Source: Octopus vulgaris
Lineage: Eukaryota
Reading direction: 5' to 3'
DNA: 64,000 nucleotides
Assembly: GCA_951406725.2 (NCBI GenBank)
Contig: OX597818.1
Coordinates: 90,954,001 to 91,018,000 of the forward strand
Shown here: positions 55,205 to 64,000 of the stretch, one piece after another
How positions within the stretch are numbered: the stretch's first letter is position 1
Layout: the number at the start of each line of letters is the position of its first letter
The notes under the pieces: model-generated
Database searches by the model: none
The model's input: only the letters and a program-made list of their open reading frames with translations
Told to the model about the DNA's origin: nothing
Position numbers and translations under genes: made by a program

Positions 55205-56443
55205 CACAGACATGCAAGAAGTAAATAGACACCTTTAATTTAAAAAAAATATTTTATTTAATACGCAAAGCGAACAATTGAAATGTAGTCGATAGGCAGG
55301 ACTACATTTAGTATTTAGTATTATTAATTTTTTTTGCAGTTTTAAATTTCAGAGACTCTTTTTGGTATTGAACTGATGAGCTTTGTGATCGTCACTTCTG
55401 GAATTTCTGCCCATTTTTCACGCAACAATCGAAACAATTCATCTTTAGATCTAGGTTTCTGTTGAGTTTTTCGTATAGCTCTATCTAGTATGCTCCAAAG
55501 ATTTTCAATTGGGTTCATGTCAGGAGATTGGCTGGGGCAATGATGCTTTTTGATCCCATTTTCAGTCAGCCATTTTTGATTTCCTTTTGCTGTGTGTCAT
55601 CTAGCACCATCTTCCATGAATAAAAACTAATTTTTTTGTTATGTTATCGTGTGAATACATCGGAAGTAGTCCTTGCTTAAGTATTTCGATGTATTGTTCA
55701 GAGTTCATGGTCCCAACACATTCGATCAGTTCAGAACGACCATTGCTGGTGACAGATCCCCATAACATTACAGAGATACCGCCATGTTTCACCGTTGGTT
55801 GGAGTCGTTTCAAATCAAATTCTTGATTGGGAAGCTTCCATTCCCAAACACGTCCAGTGTCTGAAAATAATGCAAATCTGGATTCATCTGAGAAAATAGC
55901 TTTATCCCAAAATGAACTGGATTTTTCTGACATCTCCTTAGCCCTTTTCTATGGGTAAAGAAGAGGTTTTCTTCTAGCTGCTCGTCCATAATGCTCAAGC
56001 TTATGTAGATATGTAACACACGTTTTGCAATGTCAGAAAATTTCGAACCGGGTTCGTTTTCCACAATTCTCTTCAAATAGTGAAGTTTCCTTTGTGAGGG
56101 GCCCAGATCGGCCGGGACCAGAATCTGTTGTTTCTTTTCCTTGACTTTTGAATTGCACTATAATTCTATTAAAAGTAGCAAGGGGAATTTGAAGATTTTC
56201 GTCAATTTTTCGCTGGCTAACATCTGCCTCAGATTGCCCAGCGATACGATCTCTTTGAAAATCTGAAAATCTGCAGAACTTTTTGTGCATCGCATGGTTA
56301 CTCTTCGCAAATGTTTAATATAATGCCACTGGAATGAAAAGAATAATTACATTGTAAATTCTACACCGCTGAAAACATATTAAGACTGTTAGATGAAAAC
56401 TTTTGAAAATTAAATGTGTCTATTTACTTCTTGCACGTCTGTG
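55205..56443 (-). mobile_element. Full-span Tc1-like transposon (1239 bp), transposase disrupted
   Basis: 28-bp TIR CACAGACATGCAAGAAGTAAATAGACAC / GTGTCTATTTACTTCTTGCACGTCTGTG with TA on both sides. Motifs WDKAIFSDESRF, TVKHGGISVMLWG, PSQSPDMNPIENLW. Confidence 0.92.
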
Positions 56444-56445
56444 TA

Positions 56446-56485
<40 letters not shown>

Positions 56486-56486
56486 A

Positions 56487-56518
<32 letters not shown>

Positions 56519-56612
56519 TTTCAACAATTGAGGGTAAAATATTAATTATTAATCAATTTCACCAAGTGTTCAGTATGCAAAGGGACCATTTAAGGCGAAT
56601 TCAAATTATTAC

Positions 56613-56744
56613 ATTATATAAAAGGGCTTAGTAAAATAAATTACTTTGCCGCATACTGAAGCTTTAAAAAGTTTTTTAGCTGCTATTTCTAATGAGTTCA
56701 GTATGCGGCAAAGTAATTTATTTTACTAAGCCCTTTTATATAAT
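56613..56744. repeat. Perfect 48-bp inverted repeat, 36-nt spacer
   Basis: 56613-56660 is the exact reverse complement of 56697-56744. Confidence 0.9.
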
Positions 56745-57633
56745 TATATATATATATATATATATATACACAAAATTCAATGTAAATATTTAGAAATCTG
56801 TTACACTGGAAAATGCATGTATGAATGTGACATCCACATACATTGTGAAAAATACTCAGGACGACGGGTGTTGCGCACACGACATTGTAGCTTGTCCATG
56901 TAAGTTGTATTCACTAAGCTCAACGAATCAATACCATAGGTAAGTTGGAAATCTGTTTGAGGTCGTACTTTAGGATAAATATAGGATAAAGTTCTTTCTC
57001 TCGTCATGTAAACTCAAATGACATGGTTTCCCGGTGTCTGTGTCGTATATATTTCCTGCTGGTCAGTATGCCAGTCCATAGCAGGATTACTCATTTTCGC
57101 CACCTGAGTGGACTAGAGCAACGTGATTGCCTCGACTAAGTATTTTGCACAAGAACTCATTGCGCGGTTCAGGAATGGAAGACATAATCTTGTGATCACG
57201 AGCCCAAACCTTGATTAGTAAGCCACGTGCCTCCACTAAGAAACTGAAATATTTTCTACGATTTTGAATAGGACGTTGATGATGCCAATGACTGTGACGT
57301 CGAAGCGAAAGATATTAAGGAAATGATGTCCGCTAATAGAATAAAATCTGAGGTAAAGTGAGATACTAGCATGCGTAGCAAGAAGCTTAGCATCGTTTCT
57401 TTCGGCTTTATATTTATATAAAAATATTTATATTCAAATTCCTCCAAGGTCAACTTTGCCTTTCATCCTTTCGGAATCGATGAAATAAGTACAAGTTACG
57501 CACAGGATTCGATATGATCGGCTAATCACCCGCCAAAAGTTTAGCCTTGTGCCTATAATAGAAATTCTTCTTCTTCTTCTTCTTCTTCTTCTTCTTCTTC
57601 TTCTTCTTCTTCTTCTTCTTCTTCTTCTTCTAC

Positions 57634-57707
<74 letters not shown>

Positions 57708-57710
<3 letters not shown>

Positions 57711-57988
57711 TAGTTTTATTTCTATAGCGTGCTTTCACTTCACTACCGAGCGCAGCTCTGTGTGCCTTGGGTATGTGCTGTGATTTGTTGTGATGCTCTG
57801 ATGGTTATTGTATGGAAAGTGTTCTGCGTAGGATGTGTGCAGTGCCTAGTAGTGCAATTTTCTGTATGTTATATGTGTTTGTAAGTCCTGGTGTTTTTGT
57901 TATGTATTTGTCTGAGTATTTTTTTATCATGCCTAATGCACCTACTATGATAGGAATTATCATGCCTAATGCACCTACTATGATAGGA

Positions 57989-57990
<2 letters not shown>
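57708..57990 (-). mobile_element. Short 3' fragment of the same R4/Dong subfamily
   Basis: Reverse complement of ~42860-43111 (PIIVGALGMIKKYSDKY...QKIALLGT plus 3' UTR), embedded in (TTA)n. Confidence 0.88.
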
Positions 57991-58044
<54 letters not shown>

Positions 58045-60335
58045 GTTAATTTTCTTCGTCCTCCAATTTTGTTTCTATTTCCTTCCGAAATATCTTTCCG
58101 ATGACGAGGGCCAAAAAAACTCACCGTATAAATCGGTATGCCAGTAAAGTATACACATCAGATTGTTTATTTATAAAACCAAAGAAATGTTATGCAAAAA
58201 TATATTTACCTGGATGGTTCTCGTTCTCATAGCGAAAATGCTCTTCTCAATACATGTGACGTACCAGTTAAAACAGTGTTTCACAATTATTGTTAGTATT
58301 ATTATAGTTCCGATAATTTTACAATTAATAGCATAGATACAACAGAATATGAAGGTGTTTTCTCAGAACAAAATTCTAATCATGGAAATGCGGAATATAA
58401 CAATATTCTAGAAGAGAATATTTATATTATGATCATAATATGAAGTGTACTCATAATATGTATATTATGATCATCTATGAAGTGGACTCTGTGGTCACAA
58501 AAGAATCTTTGTATCGCCTTAAATTTATAAAAGCTAAGTAGACGTTCCTTGATAAACCCAACAACGGAAGCAACAGTAAAAGTAGGAAGGGAGATAACTA
58601 CAGAAATTAATTGCAAGATCCTTGCAACTAATCCACTATTATGAGAGTGACAAACTTTCTCGGTATGTGCAATTGAAACAGCATTAAATTAAGATCACCA
58701 TTGTATGATATAAATAGTACACAAACCACTAGAAGACTTGATACAGAAGAACTCTCTGAGATAAAATCTTATTATTGACTTTTGTTAAGTACATAATATA
58801 TAACAGATCGCAATAAAAACCATCGCTGCAGTAAATTACGTAATCGACAGACGTGAAAATAATATATTTTTAAAAATTCTACGGCAACAATTTTGTAACG
58901 ATGTGACAAATTTTATTTTAATTCAAATCTTAAAGAATTTCTACCGATAGTTATTTAAAAACAACAAAGTTTATCACCAGGAACAAGGGAAACATTTTGG
59001 AGAATAGTATCGTTAAATGGATCCTCATTCATTAAGATGATCAATATAATTTCGTTGTCTGGAATATCGTGAGAAACAGTATGGGAGGTTGCTCAAATTA
59101 TTACAAAACGATAAAAAAATAATAATTAGAAACATGAAGTGATAAAGATTTAAACATCTGGTTTTCACTCACACACAGCGCTTGTAAATAATCAATAATT
59201 GATTCAAATACCCAGAAAATTAATATTAATCTCCAATAATAAAGAAATAACACGATCTTAGCATGCAGGTTCATAATCTGCTTGTCTTAGTGATCACCTG
59301 GAAAAAAGAACATTCATGTAAAATTCAAGATGGCGTCGGAACACGATTTCGTCATTGGTTGACCCCACAGGCGTGTAGCTTTAACATGAATTAAGGTATG
59401 AAATAGCATAAAAATGAAGAAAGAGTTGGCATTTGAAAATTGAAACATTAAGTGGAAATAATAGAAGTAGTTCAGTAAAGAGAAGTAATGGGTGCTAACG
59501 ATAGGAATTATTAAAACTATTAAAGAGAAGTAATTAAAGACTAAGTTAAAGCGGGATAACTTAATTAGTAACAGGTAAAATATTAATAAATACAATTTAA
59601 ATAATTTGAGTTTATAAAGTGGTTTAATCTTTATTTATAGAGTGAGTAACGGAATAACAAGTAGCACTAAAAATTATACTAAATCACATTAAATATAAAT
59701 TGTTAGAGTAGGAATTAAAGGGGGAGATAACTTGAATGTTACTGAATAATAATCACGATAAGTCATGTAATACTATAACGAAGTGATGTAATTGGTTGAA
59801 AAGGCATTAGGTCAAAGACGAGTATTTGTCTTCAGAGGTGTCATTAGTTCGAAGGGAAATAATTTGATGAAAGCGTAGTTATTCATTCAAAGGGAAGTAA
59901 GTTGTAGAATGTAGAGTAATTATTCTTAAAACGTTACGTAAGAATAAAATTTTTGAGCCGTATTTTTGCTATGGAACCAGAATACTGAGAACTTATTCAG
60001 ATATGAGTGATAATTTTATAGAAAGCCGATTGGATGTATTCCCACAACTGCAAACCGCATCCTGGTGTTTCCACACCTGACAAAATGCTTAGTGGCATTT
60101 CGTCCGTCTTTACGTTCTGAGTTCAAATTTTACTGGGGTCGACTTTGCCTTGCATTCTTTCGGAGTCAATAAATTAAGTACCAGTTGCGTACTGGGGTTG
60201 AACTAATTGACTGGCCCCTCCCCGTAATTTCAAGCTTGTGATTATAATAGAAACATCATCATCATTATCGTCATCATCGTCATCGTCATCGTCATCGTCA
60301 TCATTCTCATCATTATCATTATCATTATCATTATC

Positions 60336-61795
<1,460 letters not shown>

Positions 61796-62058
61796 TGCCA
61801 CGCCGGACAAAGTGCTTAGCGCTATTTCTTCCGGGTTTACGTTCTGAGTTCAAATTCCTAACGAGGTCGTCGTTGCCTTCCATCATTTTGGGTCTATAAT
61901 ATAAGCACCAGTCAAGCACTGCAGTCGATATTGTCGATTAGCCCAACCGCTATGACCACACCGCAAACTTTTCTTTGTTCCTTTGTTTGTGTTTTTGTTA
62001 TACATGATATAATGTAACCCCACGATTTTAATAACGATAGCTTCTTTTTTTTTTTCAG

Positions 62059-62174
62059 AGATGCCCAACTCGATGCTGCCAGTTCTGGAAATTGATAGAA
62101 AAATCCGAATTCCTCAGAGTATGGCTATTTCCAGATATCTGGCCTTGTCAAACTCTTTCGCTGAGATATTATGA
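62059..62174 (+). pseudogene. S-crystallin / sigma GST second coding exon, truncated at 62144 and running into LINE sequence to a premature stop
   Basis: Polypyrimidine tract + CAG acceptor (62041-62058). Phase-1 join gives [29 protein letters not shown], matching the family motif (MP..MLP.LEID....[11 protein letters not shown]). The expected REFG and donor are absent; the frame reads LSNSFAEIL then TGA at 62172-62174 in antisense LINE sequence. Confidence 0.85.
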
Positions 62175-62437
62175 TCACAGGGAATGCTCATGTCGATCAA
62201 TAAGCAAACTTTATTATTTTGGTCTTTCACAACAATATCTGGTTTATTGGCCTTGATGGTTCGGTCTGTATGTACTGGAAAGTCCCACAGAATGGTTACA
62301 TTTTCTCCTTCAGTTACAGCCTCAGGGTGGTGATTATACCACTTGTCGGCAGTTTTGATATTGTAATGCCGACTTATTAGCCAGTGGAGATATTGGCCAA
62401 CTCTGTCATGTCTTAATTTATATTCCACTGGTGCTAG
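62145..62437 (-). mobile_element. R4/Dong LINE RLE-domain fragment (third subfamily) lacking its 3' end
   Basis: LAPVEYKLRHDRVGQYLHW...ILWDFPVHTDRTIKANKPDIVV...IDMSIP...KEFDK, ending abruptly at the S-crystallin exon. Confidence 0.85.
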
Positions 62438-62894
62438 CTATCGCTGTTCAGATATTTTTTCAAGAGGCAAAAATTACGAGAGATACACCATTTCAGCGTA
62501 ACTATTTTAAAGCAGGACTGAGTCACATAGTAATAAATTGCTTTAAAATAAATACAATAGCTTTAAAAAAAAAAACAGAGTAATCTCTGCGTGACTAAAG
62601 ATATGATAGGAAAGACAGCTAAATCTACAATAAATCATAATCCACCATACCATCTTAAAAATGTGACGTGAGTTACGATATGGAATTTGCTTCTGACCAA
62701 CATCAGCTTGTTTGACTGCAGGGTCACAGTCTGACAGAGCGTTGAACAACAACAACAACGACAACAACAGCATCAGCAGCAGCAGCAGCAACAACAACAA
62801 TATTGACAATAACAGCAACTCATCTTTCAGTAAATAGTAGTAGTGTTCGTTTACGTCTGTGTTGTTCAGTTTGGGTATCCTGCACGAGATCAAT

Positions 62895-63170
62895 AGCAAA
62901 TTTTTTGCTTTCCTTTATGATAGAATGAAGCTTCTTTCGTACCACCAGTAGAATCAAATTTCCCTGGCAATGTAGCTGGGTTTTTTAGCTAGTATATAGG
63001 CCTTTGTGAGGATATTTGGCCAGTCCAATTGTGGTTGTGTTTTTGAGTTCAAATTGGATCACTTCGACCTCCTTGGGCTCTGGGCAATTAATTCGACATC
63101 TGATGTCTGGCACGCTGCACACCTGCTGAGGCAATGCCAGTTTGATGGAGAGACTGAGCCATTGTATAAC
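62895..63170 (-). mobile_element. Decayed R4/Dong LINE fragment (post-RT region)
   Basis: Minus-strand pieces LPRAQGGR, TTTIGLAKY and KKLHSIIKESKKF align by eye to HHPKSDIERLY..GGRG..TTIGLQKY of the 40.9-kb copy. Confidence 0.55.
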
Positions 63171-63439
63171 ACAGATATTTGATCAGTATAACAAAAGATT
63201 GTTCAGCATAAAATTACGGAATGTTCACTCTATCGTCTACAATATTAGAATTATTATTAGGCCATGTATTCATTATGCTTGTCCAAATATTATTACTAGA
63301 GATCAGGGGCGTGCACTCTCAGGTATGCAAGGTATGCGTTGCATGCCCTGTGATTTTTTTATCCATATGATCGGAAAATTAGATAAAATAGTTACTTTGT
63401 TTCAAAGAAAATCCGTCCAGTTGTATTTTGTCTCCCCTT

Positions 63440-63830
63440 CTGTCTCAGTGACTCTACTTCTGCTTTTAGAAGTCATGCATTGACAAGACCAGCATGTCAG
63501 ACACTCCCTCTCTGTCTCAGTTTGTCCTTCCTTCCTCTCTCTCTCTCTCTCTCTCTCTTAGTGACATGTTTAAAAGACATGCTAAGGGGGTAGGGCACTT
63601 GAAATATTTTTACCCCCTTCCCCTTTCTCTTAGTGGCTCGACATGCTGTGGGAAGACCCGCATGACCTCCCTCTCTGTCTCTTAGTTTGTCCCTCCTTCC
63701 TCTCTCTCTCTTAGTGAATTGATAAAACAGATGCTAGGAGGAAAGGTCGTTCATAATATTTTGTACCCCCTTCCTCTCTCTCTCAGTGGCATGTCATGCT
63801 ATGAGCTGACCGCATGATTCCCACTTTCCG
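63440..63830. repeat. Degenerate ~150-nt tandem repeat (2-3 units)
   Basis: Recurring CTCCCTCTCTGTCTC..AGTTTGTCC..CTTAGTGA..ATGCTA..ATATTTT..ACCCCCTTCC..AGTGGC blocks. Confidence 0.6.
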
Positions 63831-64000
63831 TATCTTTCTGTTTTGTTGAAATTGACTTACAATTTACGCCGGCGCTTCCACGTGTGTTCGTATATAAGAA
63901 CAGCCTTTTACGAAATGAGTGAAATGTGTGTTATAAACGATATTTTGAGAAATAGTTTTTCGAAAGGAGAATTCGATGGAAAATAATTAATTATAACGGT

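Overview
Eukaryotic, AT-rich, microsatellite-saturated genomic DNA. The SINE repertoire and the S-crystallin gene point to an octopus (coleoid cephalopod); this is inference. The only host gene I can support is an S-crystallin / sigma-class GST on the + strand: first coding exon 48349-48481, a 13.6-kb intron, and a next exon from 62059 that breaks off at 62144 and is fused to an R4/Dong LINE fragment, so it is probably a pseudogene. The rest is mobile DNA: decayed Tc1/mariner transposons, R4/Dong RLE LINEs sitting in (TAA)n, Penelope-like element (PLE) remnants, several tRNA-derived SINE families and MITEs. The most interesting signal is a set of hammerhead-ribozyme (HHR) motifs in non-coding retroelements. 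(i) An intact type I HHR at 23754-23801 (-) lies inside a 476-nt unit present as a 1.35-mer with identical 165-nt terminal repeats, a retrozyme-like arrangement. (ii) A TSD-bounded SINE joins a tRNA head to an HHR-like tail and carries a nested Dong LINE. (iii) Several PLE pseudo-LTR families carry minimal HHRs with palindromic stem III, including core variants U3:A8 and A6U. Most ORFs in the supplied track are microsatellite translation artefacts.
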